From: Nemertoderma westbladi
Lineage: Eukaryota; Animalia; Xenacoelomorpha
Assembly (NCBI GenBank): GCA_032718475.1
Contig: JAUCBJ010006081.1
Location: 1-41,565, forward strand
Direction of reading: 5' to 3'
DNA: 41,565 bases
In this document: positions 24,561-38,539 of the stretch, in pieces
Numbering within the stretch: position 1 is the first letter of the stretch
How the letters are laid out: each line of letters starts with the position of its first letter
The notes under the pieces: model-generated
Database searches by the model: none
Told to the model about the DNA's origin: nothing
The model's input: only the letters and a program-made list of their open reading frames with translations
Made by a program: the position numbers and the translations under genes

Positions 24561-27500
24561 TATTTACATATAAACTGCCTCTACTAGTAAGATGATATTT
24601 ACATATAAACTGCCTCTACTAGTAAGATGATATTTACCTATAAACTGCCTCTACTAGTAAGATGATATTTACATATAAACTGCCTCTACTAGAAAGATGA
24701 TATTTACATATAAACTGCCTCTACTAGTAAGATGATATTTACCTATAAACTGCCTCTACTAGTAAGATGATATTTACATATAAACTGCCTCTACTAGTAA
24801 TATGATATTTACATATAAACTGCCTCTACTAGTAAGATGATATTTACATATAAACATATAAACTGCCTCTACTAGTAAGATGATATTTACATATAAACAT
24901 ATAAACTGCCTCTACTAGTAAGATGATATTTACCTATAAACTGCCTCTACTAGTAAGATGATATTTACATATAAACTGCCTCTACTAGTAATATGATATT
25001 TACATATAAACTGCCTCTACTAGTAAGATGATATTTACATATAAACTGCCTCTACTAGTAAGATGATATTTACATATAAACATATAAACTGCCTCTACTA
25101 GTAAGATGATATTTACATATAAACTGCCTCTACTAGTAAGAGGATATTTACATATAAACTGCCTCTACTAGTAAGATAATATTTACCTATAAACTGCATC
25201 TACTAGTAAGATGATATTTACATATAACATATAAACTGCCTCTACTAGTAAGACGATATTTACATATAAACTGCCTTTACTAGTAAGATGATATTTACCT
25301 ATAAACTGCATCTACTAGTAAGATGATATTTACATATAAACTGCCTTTACTAGTAAGATGATATTTACATATAAACTGCCTCTACTAGTAAGATGATATT
25401 TACATATAAACTGCCTCTACTAGTAAGATGATATTTACATATAAACTGCCTCTACTAGTAAGATGATATTTACATATAAACTGCATCTACTAGTAAGATG
25501 ATATTTACCTATAAACTGCCTCTACTAGTAAGATGATATTTTCAAATAAACTGCCTCTACTAGTAAGATGATATTTACATATAAACTGCCTCTACTAGTA
25601 AGATGATATTTACATATAAACTGCATCTACTAGTAAGATGATATTTACCTATAAACTGCCTCTACTAGTAAGATGATATTTTCAAATAAACTGCCTCTAC
25701 TAGTAAGATGATATTTACATATAAACTGCCTCTACTAGTAAGATGATATTTACATATAAACTGCCTCTACTAGTAAGATGATATTTACATATAAACTGCA
25801 TCTACTAGTAAGATGATATTTACATATAAACTGCCTCTACTAGTAAGATGATATTTACATATAAACTGCCTTTACTAGTAAGATGATATTTACCTATAAA
25901 CTGCATCTACTAGTAAGATGATATTTACATATAAACTGCCTCTACTAGTAAGATGATATTTACATATAAACTGCCTCTACTAGTAAGACGATATTTACAT
26001 ATAAACTGCCTCTACTAGTAAGATGATATTTACATATAAACTGCCTCTACTAGTAAGATGATATTTACATATAAACATATAAACTGCCTCTACTAGTAAG
26101 ATGATATTTACATATAAACTGCCTCGACTAGTAAGAGGATATTTACATATAAACTGCCTCTACTAGTAAGATAATATTTACCTATAAACTGCATCTACTA
26201 GTAAGATGATATTTACATATAAACATATAAACTGCCTCTACTAGTAAGACGATATTTACATATAAACTGCCTTTACTAGTAAGATGATATTTACCTATAA
26301 ACTGCATCTACTAGTAAGATGATATTTACATATAAACTGCCTTTACTAGTAAGATGATATTTACATATAAACTGCCTCTACTAGTAAGATGATATTTACA
26401 TATAAACTGCCTCTACTAGTAAGATGATATTTACATATAAACTGCCTCTACTAGTAAGACGATATTTACATATAAACTGCCTCTACTAGTAAGATGATAT
26501 TTACATATAAACTGCCTCTACTAGTAAGATGATATTTACATATAAACTGCCTCTACTAGTAAGATGATATTTACATATAAACTGCATCTACTAGTAAGAT
26601 GATATTTACCTATAAACTGCCTCTACTAGTAAGATGATATTTTCAAATAAACTGCCTCTACTAGTAAGATGATATTTACATATAAACTGCCTCTACTAGT
26701 AAGATGATATTTACATATAAACTGCCTCTACTAGTAAGATGATATTTACATATAAACTGCATCTACTAGTAAGATGATATTTACATATAAACTGCCTCTA
26801 CTAGTAAGATGATATTTACATATAAACTGCCTTTACTAGTAAGATGATATTTACCTATAAACTGCATCTACTAGTAAGATGATATTTACATATAAACTGC
26901 CTCTACTAGTAAGATGATATTTACATATAAACTGCCTCTACTAGTAAGACGATATTTACATATAAACTGCCTCTACTAGTAAGATGATATTTACATATAA
27001 ACTGCCTTTACTAGTAAGATGATATTTACCTATAAACTGCATCTACTAGTAAGATGATATTTACATATAAACTGCATCTACTAGTAAGATGATATTTACA
27101 TATAAACTGCCTCTACTAGTAAGACGATATTTACATATAAACTGCCTCTACTAGTAAGATGATATTTACCTATAAACTGCATCTACTAGTAAGATGATAT
27201 TTACCTATAAACTGCATCTACTAGTAAGATAATATTTACATATAAACTGCCTCTACTAGTAAGATGATATTTACATATAAACATATAAACTGCCTCTACT
27301 AGTAAGATGATATTTACCTATAAACTGCATCTACTAGTAAGATGATATTTACCTATAAACTGCATCTACTAGTAAGATAATATTTACATATAAACTGCCT
27401 CTACTAGTAAGATGATATTTACATATAAACATATAAACTGCCTCTACTAGTAAGATGATATTTACATATAAACTGCCTCTACTAGTAAGACGATATTTAC

Positions 27501-30500
27501 ATATAAACTGCCTCTACTAGTAAGATGATATTTACATATAAACTGCCTTTACTAGTAAGATGATATTTACCTATAAACTGCATCTACTAGTAAGATGATA
27601 TTTACATATAAACTGCCTCTACTAGTAAGATGATATTTACCTATAAACTGCCTCTACTAGTAAGATGATATTTACATATAAACTGCCTTTACTAGTAAGA
27701 TGATATTTACCTATAAACTGCATCTACTAGTAAGATGATATTTACATATAAACTGCCTCTACTAGTAAGATGATATTTACCTATAAACTGCCTCTACTAG
27801 TAAGATGATATTTACATATAAACTGCCTTTACTAGTAAGATGATATTTACCTATAAACTGCATCTACTAGTAAGATGATATTTACATATAAACTGCATCT
27901 ACTAGTAAGATGATATTTACATATAAACTGCCTCTACTAGTAAGATGATATTTACCTATAAACTGCCTCTACTAGTAAGATGATATTTACCTATAAACTG
28001 CCTCTACTAGTAAGATGATATTTACATATAAACTGCCTCTACTAGTAAGAGGATATTTACATATAAACTGCATCTACTAGTAAGATGATATTTACATATA
28101 AACTGCATCTACTAGTAAGATGATATTTACATATAAACTGCCTCTACTAGTAAGATGATATTTACATATAAACTGCCTCTACTAGTAAGATGATATTTAC
28201 CTATAAACTGCATCTACTAGTAAGATGATATTTACATATAAACTGCCTCTACTAGTAAGATGATATTTACCTATAAACTGCCTCTACTAGTAAGATGATA
28301 TTTACATATAAACTGCCTTTACTAGTAAGATGATATTTACCTATAAACTGCATCTACTAGTAAGATGATATTTACATATAAACTGCCTCTACTAGTAAGA
28401 TGATATTTACATATAAACTGCCTCTACTAGTAAGATGATATTTACATATAAACTGCCTCTACTAGTAAGATGATATTTACCTATAAACTGCCTCTACTAG
28501 TAAGATGATATTTACCTATAAACTGCATCTACTAGTAAGATGATATTTACATATAAACTGCCTCTACTAGTAAGATGATATTTACCTATAAACTGCATCT
28601 ACTAGTAAGATGATATTTACATATAAACTGCCTTTACTAGTAAGATGATATTTACATATAAACTGCATCTACTAGTAAGATGATATTTACATATAAACTG
28701 CCTTTACTAGTAAGATGATATTTACCTATAAACTGCATCTACTAGTAAGATGATATTTACATATAAACTGCCTTTACTAGTAAGATGATATTTACCTATA
28801 AACTGCCTTTACTAGTAAGATGATATTTACATATAAACTGCCTCTACTAGTAAGACGATATTTACATATAAACTGCCTCTACTAGTAAGATGATATTTAC
28901 ATATAAACTGCCTTTACTAGTAAGATGATATTTACATATAAACTGCATCTACTAGTAAGATGATATTTACATATAAACTGCCTTTACTAGTAAGATGATA
29001 TTTACCTATAAACTGCATCTACTAGTAAGATGATATTTACATATAAACTGCCTCTACTAGTAAGATGACATTTACCTATAAACTGCCTTTACTAGTAAGA
29101 TGATATTTACATATAAACTGCCTCTACTAGTAAGATGATATTTACATATAAACTGCCTCTACTAGTAAGATGATATTTACATATAAACTGCCTTTACTAG
29201 TAAGATGATATTTACCTATAAACTGCATCTACTAGTAAGATGATATTTACATATAAACTGCATCTACTAGTAAGATGATATTTACATATAAACTGCCTCT
29301 ACTAGTAAGACGATATTTACATATAAACTGCCTTTACTAGTAAGATGATATTTACCTATAAACTGCATCTACTAGTAAGATGATATTTACCTATAAACTG
29401 CATCTACTAGTAAGATGATATTTACATATAAACTGCCTTTACTAGTAAGATGATATTTACCTATAAACTGCATCTACTAGTAAGATGATATTTACATATA
29501 AACTGCCTCTACTAGTAAGATGATATTTACATATAAACTGCCTTTACTAGTAAGATGATATTTACCTATAAACTGCATCTACTAGTAAGATGATATTTAC
29601 ATATAAACTGCCTCTACTAGTAAGATGATATTTACATATAAACTGCCTCTACTAGTAAGATGATATTTTCATATAAACTGCCTCTACTAGTAAGAGGATA
29701 TTTACATATAAACTGCCTCTACTAGTAAGATGATATTTACATATAAACTGCCTCTACTAGTAAGATGATATTTACATATAAACTGCCTCTACTAGTAAGA
29801 TGATATTTACATATAAACTGCCTCTACTAGTAAGATGATATTTACATATAAACTGCCTCTACTAGTAAGATGATATTTACATATAAACTGCCTTTACTAG
29901 TAAGATGATATTTACCTATAAACTGCATCTACTAGTAAGATGATATTTACATATAAACTGCCTCTACTAGTAAGATGATATTTACATATAAACTGCCTCT
30001 ACTAGTAAGATGATATTTACATATAAACTGCCTCTACTAGTAAGATGATATTTACATATAAACTGCCTCTACTAGTAAGATGATATTTACCTATAAACTG
30101 CCTCTACTAGTAAGATGATATTTACATATAAACTGCCTCTACTAGTAAGATGATATTTACATATAAACTGCCTCTACTAGTAAGATGATATTTACATATA
30201 AACTGCCTCTACTAGTAAGATGATATTTACATATAAACTGCCTCTACTAGTAAGATGATATTTACATATAAACTGCCTCTACTAGTAAGATGATATTTAC
30301 ATATAAACTGCCTCTACTAGTAAGATGATATTTACATATAAACTGCCTTTACTAGTAAGATGATATTTACCTATAAACTGCATCTACTAGTAAGATGATA
30401 TTTACATATAAACTGCCTCTACTAGTAAGATGATATTTACATATAAACTGCCTTTACTAGTAAGATGATATTTACCTATAAACTGCATCTACTAGTAAGA

Positions 30501-33118
30501 TGATATTTACATATAAACTGCCTCTACTAGTAAGACGATATTTACATATAAACTGCCTCTACTAGTAAGATGATATTTACATATAAACTGCCTTTACTAG
30601 TAAGATGATATTTACCTATAAACTGCATCTACTAGTAAGATGATATTTACATATAAACTGCCTCTACTAGTAAGATGATATTTACATATAAACTGCCTTT
30701 ACTAGTAAGATGATATTTACCTATAAACTGCCTCTACTAGTAAGATGATATTTACATATAAACTGCCTCTACTAGTAAGATGATATTTACATATAAACTG
30801 CCTTTACTAGTAAGATGATATTTACCTATAAACTGCATCTACTAGTAAGATGATATTTACATATAAACTGCCTCTACTAGTAAGATGATATTTACATATA
30901 AACTGCCTTTACTAGTAAGATGATATTTACCTATAAACTGCCTTTACTAGTAAGATGATATTTACATATAAACTGCCTCTACTAGTAAGATGATATTTAC
31001 ATATAAACTGCCTTTACTAGTAAGATGATATTTACCTATAAACTGCCTCTACTAGTAAGATGATATTTACATATAAACTGCCTCTACTAGTAAGATGATA
31101 TTTACATATAAACTGCCTCTACTAGTAAGATGATATTTACATATAAACTGCCTTTACTAGTAAGATGATATTTACCTATAAACTGCATCTACTAGTAAGA
31201 TGATATTTACATATAAACTGCCTCTACTAGTAAGATGATATTTACATATAAACTGCCTTTACTAGTAAGATGATATTTACCTATAAACTGCATCTACTAG
31301 TAAGATGATATTTACATATAAACTGCCTCTACTAGTAAGATGATATTTACATATAAACTGCCTCTACTAGTAAGATGATATTTTCATATAAACTGCCTCT
31401 ACTAGTAAGATGATATTTACATATAAACTGCCTCTACTAGTAAGATGATATTTACATATAAACTGCCTCTACTAGTAAGATGATATTTTCAAATAAACTG
31501 CCTCTACTAGTAAGATGATATTTACATATAAACTGCCTCTACTAGTAAGATGATATTTACATATAAACTGCCTTTACTAGTAAGATGATATTTACCTATA
31601 AACTGCATCTACTAGTAAGATGATATTTACATATAAACTGCCTCTACTAGTAAGATGATATTTACATATAAACTGCCTTTACTAGTAAGATGATATTTAC
31701 CTATAAACTGCATCTACTAGTAAGATGATATTTACATATAAACTGCCTCTACTAGTAAGACGATATTTACATATAAACTGCCTCTACTAGTAAGATGATA
31801 TTTACATATAAACTGCCTTTACTAGTAAGATGATATTTACCTATAAACTGCATCTACTAGTAAGATGATATTTACATATAAACTGCCTCTACTAGTAAGA
31901 TGATATTTACATATAAACTGCCTTTACTAGTAAGATGATATTTACCTATAAACTGCCTCTACTAGTAAGATGATATTTACATATAAACTGCCTCTACTAG
32001 TAAGATGATATTTACATATAAACTGCCTTTACTAGTAAGATGATATTTACCTATAAACTGCATCTACTAGTAAGATGATATTTACATATAAACTGCCTCT
32101 ACTAGTAAGATGATATTTACATATAAACTGCCTTTACTAGTAAGATGATATTTACCTATAAACTGCATCTACTAGTAAGATGATATTTACATATAAACTG
32201 CCTCTACTAGTAAGATGATATTTTCAAATAAACTGCCTCTACTAGTAAGACGATATTTACATATAAACTGCCTCTACTAGTAAGATGATATTTACATATA
32301 AACTGCCTCTACTAGTAAGATGATATTTACATATAAACTGCCTCTACTAGTAAGATGATATTTACATATAAACTGCCTTTACTAGTAAGATGATATTTAC
32401 CTATAAACTGCATCTACTAGTAAGATGATATTTACATATAAACTGCCTCTACTAGTAAGATGATATTTACATATAAACTGCCTTTACTAGTAAGATGATA
32501 TTTACATATAAACTGCATCTACTAGTAAGATGATATTTACATATAAACTGCCTCTACTAGTAAGACGATATTTACATATAAACTGCCTTTACTAGTAAGA
32601 TGATATTTACCTATAAACTGCATCTACTAGTAAGATGATATTTACCTATAAACTGCATCTACTAGTAAGATGATATTTACATATAAACTGCCTCTACTAG
32701 TAAGACGATATTTACATATAAACTGCCTCTACTAGTAAGATGATATTTACATATAAACTGCCTTTACAAGTAAGATGATATTTACCTATAAACTGCATCT
32801 ACTAGTAAGATGATATTTACATATAAACTGCCTCTACTAGTAAGATGATATTTACATATAAACTGCCTTTACTAGTAAGATGATATTTACATATAAACTG
32901 CCTCTACTAGTAAGATGATATTTACATATAAACTGCCTCTACTAGTAAGATGATATTTACATATAAACTGCCTCTACTAGTAAGATGATATTTACATATA
33001 AACTGCCTCTACTAGTAAGATGATATTTACATATAAACTGCCTCTACTAGTAAGATGATATTTACATATAAACTGCCTCTACTAGTAAGATGATATTTAC
33101 ATATAAACTGCCTCTACT
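24561..33118. repeat. 35-bp AT-rich minisatellite, ~244 copies, consensus tttacatataaactgcctctactagtaagatgata
   Basis: 35-nt period; occasional 43-bp units from a duplicated catataaa; recurring linked variants cttt/ccta/gcat. Confidence 0.99.
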
Positions 33119-33464
33119 CATTGCCAAAACCCACCCTGCCATCCCGATGCTCAAAGCCAGCTGGTAACTGCCATCTTATGGATAATCAGCCTTTCAGAAC
33201 CTTGTTATATGGTAACCTTCTGGTTTGGACAGACATCGTGGCTAATTACCCACTTTCCTACACTTGATTATCAAGGATTCTGGGCGTGATATATATCGCC
33301 TAACTTATATATAACTTACATATTCTACGGCTGACTCGGTGATTTGGGACGCTTTGCTTCTGTGTCTGTCGGATTTGGATCATACTGCATTGTCCCACAT
33401 TGCAGTTTCAGATCGTCTCATTCATATTGGAAAATTTCGATTGGGTCGTAGAGAAAAGGGATTA

Positions 33465-33535
33465 GCGAAAAGTCGGGCTCTTTTATGGGGCTCGAACTCA
33501 CGACCTTACGGTCAGTAGACCGACGCTGTGACATC
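33465..33535 (-). mobile_element. tRNA-like SINE head fragment (body may extend toward ~33150)
   Basis: Minus strand ...aaggtcgtgagttcgagccc with B-box GTTCGAGCC (33489-33497); no clear A-box or full cloverleaf. Confidence 0.45.
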
Positions 33536-34097
33536 CTGTGTAAATACTAAACGAACAATTCCTGTGTATGAAATCTCGAGCCAAACCCCACAGATAACAA
33601 TGTCAACCATTTCCAACATTATTAGATAATTCATAGTTTCAGAACTTTCTACCTGACGACCTGCACTTGAATATTAATTTGTAATGGCTGGTTTCGCCGA
33701 GAAACCATAGGTGCCAGTAGCACTATACGTATGTATATGTAGACTCTTCAAGGAATATTTTGGCATTGTCATCTTCTGGCATCTGCGATATAGAATATAA
33801 CAAACTGCCCCCAGTAGAAGACTACATTGCTTTAATTGTAAAGAAATTTTGAAATTGATAATTTTACAGGTATTTAACCTTCTTGGAGTTTGTTGGTGGT
33901 AGCGCCTAACTACTTGATGCCAATAATGACTACTGTATCAAAGTTAATGAAATCTGATTCTAGTAGTGGTAGTGAAGAAACATAATAATAGGCATAGCAT
34001 TTCATATAGTTACACTACGGTTCATATTAATTAATATAAAATAATATGTGTATTTATTGTGTTCATTCTCATTTCGGAAATTTCTTGTTGGAGGCCA

Positions 34098-34245
34098 ACT
34101 GGCCTTCACCACGCATATTTTGCCCGTTTGCCGCTTTAAGCCACCCGTAGTTTGCCGCCTTCCACCACGCATGTGTTTTGCCGCCTTACGCCACACGTAG
34201 TTTGCCGCGCCTTTCACCGCGCATATTTTACCGCCATTCGCCAAT
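34098..34245. repeat. Degenerate ~26-29-bp tandem repeat (tttgccgcc...cac.cg.a)
   Basis: tttgccgc recurs at regular spacing. Confidence 0.55.
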
Positions 34246-34330
34246 CATAGTTTACCCCCCTGGCAAAACAATTACATGTTACATTAACTAGACATTTACC
34301 GTTTTCAGTGATACTTGGTCATTACCACTA

Positions 34331-34605
34331 TAAGTCGGGATCCTAACTTATTAATTCAGGATCCCGACTTATTATCTCAGGATCCCGACTTATTATCTCA
34401 GGATCCCGACTTATTATCTCAGGATCCGACTTATTATCTCAGGATCTCGACTTATTATCTCAGGATCTCGACTTATTATCTCAGGATCCCGACTCATTAT
34501 CTCAGGATCCCGACTTATTATCTCAGGATCCCGACTCATTATCTCAGGATCCCGACTTATTATGTGGGGAAAAAATTGCGAAATGTCCCTTTAGGTGCTC
34601 CGTAG
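34331..34605. repeat. 21-bp minisatellite (caggatcccgacttattatct) ~11 copies, probably one arm of a non-autonomous DNA element
   Basis: Direct periodicity; inverted partial unit taagtcgggatcc at 34331; followed by aaatgtccctttaggtgctccgtag (34581-34605). Confidence 0.85.
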
Positions 34606-34871
34606 GTACCGGGGAGTTATTTGTTAATTTATAATAGTATTTAGAAATACTATTTAACAGTGTTTACTCCAATAACTACTCTAGCCAGTGTATTTTGCTT
34701 CTTTGCTTACAATAACTTTCCAAAGAATCCATACCCAAATATAATCGAAATCGGAGTATTTCATTCATCATTACATACCGGTACACACGAAGGTGACGGA
34801 CAGACGGTAGTTTTTATTCCCAGTTTATATAAAGCAAACTTATTATCTAATTTATTGTATACTGTAGGCCT

Positions 34872-35157
34872 AACTAACATATACCGGTACTGTAGTAACT
34901 AACATATACCGGTACTGTAGTAACTAACATATACCGGTACTGTAGTAACTAACATATACCGGTACTGTAGTAACTAACATATACCGGTACTGTAGTAACT
35001 AACATATACCGGTACTGTAGTAACTAACATATACCGGTACTGTAGTAACTAACATATACCGGTACTGTAGTAACTAACATATACCGGTACTGTAGTAACT
35101 AACATATACCGGTACTGTAGTAACTAACATACATGTATACCGGTACTGTAGTAACTA
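34872..35157. repeat. 25-bp minisatellite (taactaacatataccggtactgtag) ~11 copies
   Basis: Near-perfect 25-nt period. Confidence 0.95.
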
Positions 35158-36450
35158 AAATAATATAATTATTATTCTGCTTTAACGTTTTTGTATATGT
35201 TGTAAATTCACCATGGATATACAAGGTAAGTTATACTTTCTTTTGGGTCTTTTGAGTTATTATGCCTGTAATTTCGTAGTATAATACTGTATTACTTGTT
35301 TTTACTTCACATTCAAGTTTGTTGTTATAGATGGAGGCCTTGAAGGCCATTTTGACAGCAGATTAGTATTTTATAATTTTTGGGATAAAAATAATATAAT
35401 AATTTTAATAAAATGAAAATGAAAAGAAGATAGAAAAATCGGGGGAACGGGGAAGAATGGAGCAGGAAGTCTATATCAAAATCAATTCGATGGCGCAGAT
35501 GGATGGAAGAAGTCGATGAGAGAGAGGAAAATAAACTTGCTGACTTGAACCGATTCTATTTCTAATGAATCTCGCGATTTTATTTGCTGTAGTTAAACAG
35601 CATTTATTTGTTATTATGTAATTAAGTTATTACTGTGTTTAAATAAATAAATAATAATGATAAATAAATAAATTAGTGTAATATTAAAGATATTTCCATA
35701 TTATGAATTTAAATAAAATAAAACATTTTTTTTTTAATTTTTGAAAAAAAATAAAAAAAAGTGTGAAAAATTTTGAATTTTTGAAATTTTGATATTTCAA
35801 AAAATTTCATGAAACCCGACTGAAATATCGAGCACAAACTTTCCAGGCAGATTAATTTGAAAAATTATTTTCAATTATCAAACAACTTTGGTGGGCAGGT
35901 AACAATTGCAAGAGCACAACTTTTCGCTCAAAAATTTATATGTTCAATTTTTCAGCACAGACGATTACTCATCGGAGATGGTGTTAATAAAAGTATTTCC
36001 GGAAGGGATAATGATCTCCTTTACCCGCTTTCACCGTTCTTCCTTCCAGAAAATTATCTATTAAAATCCGTCGAAATCTCAAAAGCGACGAACCAGACCT
36101 AAGTAAGGTCCCTTTCTAGGAATACCGCCACATTAATATAAAATATCCGGTGGCGTTACCATTTTCCCGGATTATGAGTTTTGTTTGCTATTGTAATTAT
36201 ATCGATTCCAGATCAAGAAAAAACAGAACCGAACAAAATTCACCACAAGATTGTACTGCTTTTGCAGCCCTTCGGGGGGGTTGTTGGTATGTGTTACCCG
36301 GGACAGTTGCCATGACAGCACCTGTTATAGTTTTCTTTTGTTTGTGATGATTTAACCGACATGTTATGCTAAAACTTCAGTCGTAGAATATTTATCAGTC
36401 AAATGTGAAACATACGGAAAATGATGCGTGAACACGGAACGTGATACATA

Positions 36451-36680
36451 AAATTATCTAGAGCTCTCTAGATAATTATTAAGGGCGCTCTAGATAATTA
36501 TTAAGGGCGCTCTAGATAATTATTAAGAGCGCTCTAGATAATTATTAAGAGCGCTCTAGTTAATTAATTATTAAGCGCGCTCTAGATAATTATTAAGATC
36601 GCTCTAGATAATTAATTATTAAGAGCGTTCTGGCTAATAATTAGCTAGAGCGCTCTAGAAATTATTAAGAGCGCTCTATA
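36451..36680. repeat. 22-bp palindrome-rich minisatellite (agagcgctctagataattatta) ~10 copies
   Basis: Direct periodicity; unit built of palindromes agagcgctct, tctaga, ataattat. Confidence 0.9.
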
Positions 36681-36719
36681 CTTAAATTTTTTTAAATGTC
36701 TCTTCTTAGTGGCTCGTAA

Positions 36720-36849
36720 AAAAAAAAAAGCAAACAGTCGGCCGAAGCCGGAGGCGACCCGAAGGCTCCTCTTTCGATAGCTGCTACCCGAGGGTAGGGC
36801 TAGGGCGCTACTCCTATCCCTAGATTTGCTCCCAGTTATTTAACTGGTA
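36720..36849 (-). mobile_element. 130-bp 5'-truncated retroposon (SINE/LINE 3' tail) flanked by a 20-bp target-site duplication
   Basis: ctcttcttagtggctcgtaa at 36700-36719 and 36850-36869; GC-rich hairpin-forming insert with a homopolymer at the left end. Confidence 0.7.
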
Positions 36850-36885
36850 CTCTTCTTAGTGGCTCGTAACCTCATCTTAATCTCA

Positions 36886-36962
36886 CCTAACCTAACCTAA
36901 CCTAACCTAACCTAACTAACCTAACCTAACCTAACCTAACCTAACCTAACCTAACCTAACCT
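36886..36962. repeat. (CCTAA)n / (TTAGG)n interstitial microsatellite, ~15 units
   Basis: Direct reading. Confidence 0.92.
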
Positions 36963-38404
36963 CATCGTTATTACAGTATTATTGATTTTAGTTGGTCATA
37001 AATCAACATCTCTACACTATCAGAGATATCAGTATATAATTGCGTTAATACAAATATTATAAGTTTATCTTATCTTAGGTTGCCAACCAGCCAACGCCTT
37101 GTTACTAAAGAGCTATAAGAGTATTCAATAGCCTCCCCTTCCTTATTCATACATTATTAATACAAGGCATTTAACAAACGCTATAATTTTATTGGTCACT
37201 AGAACAATTGCTTTTTCCACTACCTAAATTTTTGTCACTAAAATATATATATTCCTCCACAAATTATATTAATTAACTAAAATGTATTTTTTTATTACCA
37301 AAAATAAAACTGTATCCTTTCCTATTCTTCTATTTACTTTCGTTTTGGTCTATTGTAGTGATAATTAATAGATTTTAGAGTGATGATTAATATATTTAGA
37401 GGAATAAACTGAATTTTAGTCATTTTTAAAATTTAGAGAAATTTATTATTTTGTAGGTCGATAGAGACTTTTTCAAATAATTATATATTCAATATTCTCA
37501 CACACAGTTCATGATATTTTATCTTGTCCGCTTAGCGATAATCGCATGGGGTTTCCGAACATAATATCACATTTTCGGGTGTTAGTGTGTGATGAAGGGA
37601 ATTCTAAGAAGACAAACAACCAAACCAGTGCCCGTGCGGTGGCATCTCAACACTATGCTGTGCTCCTATTGCTAAAATATATAGATTAGTGGGTTATATT
37701 TGAAGTATTCTTGTCAGGCCAAGCCAGGATTCAGCCAGTCAGCTCCAAATCGAAGAAACTAAGCCGACTAAGGAACAAGGAACAGCAGCTGTAGGCTGGT
37801 AGGGGGAATATCTCCCGCTCAGTGTACAACAATGATATAGTCCAACCCAGATGTACTTTTATGAGGTGAATGTATGTAGTGAATGACAGGCGGTTGGCAC
37901 TCCATTGGTTAACTAACACCCAATACTGCTTACTCCTGACTGGCTGGTTTGTACTGTGGACATTTAGTTAGGAGAGAGAGAATGAGCTAAGGCAGCCACG
38001 GAAGATCAATGCAGCCTACATTATCTGAAGATTTAGATTGGTGCCCCTAGTTAAATACAGAAAATGAATGAGTAGGGATTATTGTGTATATCATTTTAAT
38101 ATGTTATATTTTAGTGCTGTATTTGTATTATGTTTTGTACTTTTGTTTACCAGTTTACGGTGGTGTGGTACTATTTAACATCAATCAATAGCATGACCAA
38201 GGACTATATACTACATAGCCCATACTGTAATACTATTACTGTCTCTGTTTATGTCAGTTTATCGACTGCACTGTAATAGGCCTATTATTAAAACTTGCAT
38301 AATTTTTAGGATGCATTTTATTAATATTACTGTAATATTCTGTATTACTGTAATATTCTGTACTACAGACTCCAGTGTAGGCAGGGGCCAATTTGGACAA
38401 AATC

Positions 38405-38406
<2 letters not shown>

Positions 38407-38453
<47 letters not shown>
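38407..38453. repeat. Poly-G tract (~47 nt)
   Basis: Direct reading; length may be unreliable. Confidence 0.9.
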
Positions 38454-38454
<1 letters not shown>

Positions 38455-38539
38455 GGGGAAATTCACCGAGTAGAATATTTAATTTTGCCGAGAAAAAATA
38501 TAAGTCAGATTGATTGATTGATATTGCCAATTAATAGGA

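Noticed and set aside
6882-33118. CRISPR arrays
   Set aside because: Repeats are contiguous with no unique spacers, no cas genes, and the context is eukaryotic.
35212-35415. ATG + gtaagt donor and ttatag acceptor suggesting a small gene
   Set aside because: Spliced frame stops after ~32 codons in AT-rich sequence; unsupported without transcripts.
36886-36962. True telomere or taxonomic marker from (TTAGG)n
   Set aside because: Short and interstitial; such tracts are common within transposon-derived repeats.
37520-38040. Possible decayed transposon or exon coding remnant
   Set aside because: Balanced composition but frequent stops and no motif I can identify with confidence.
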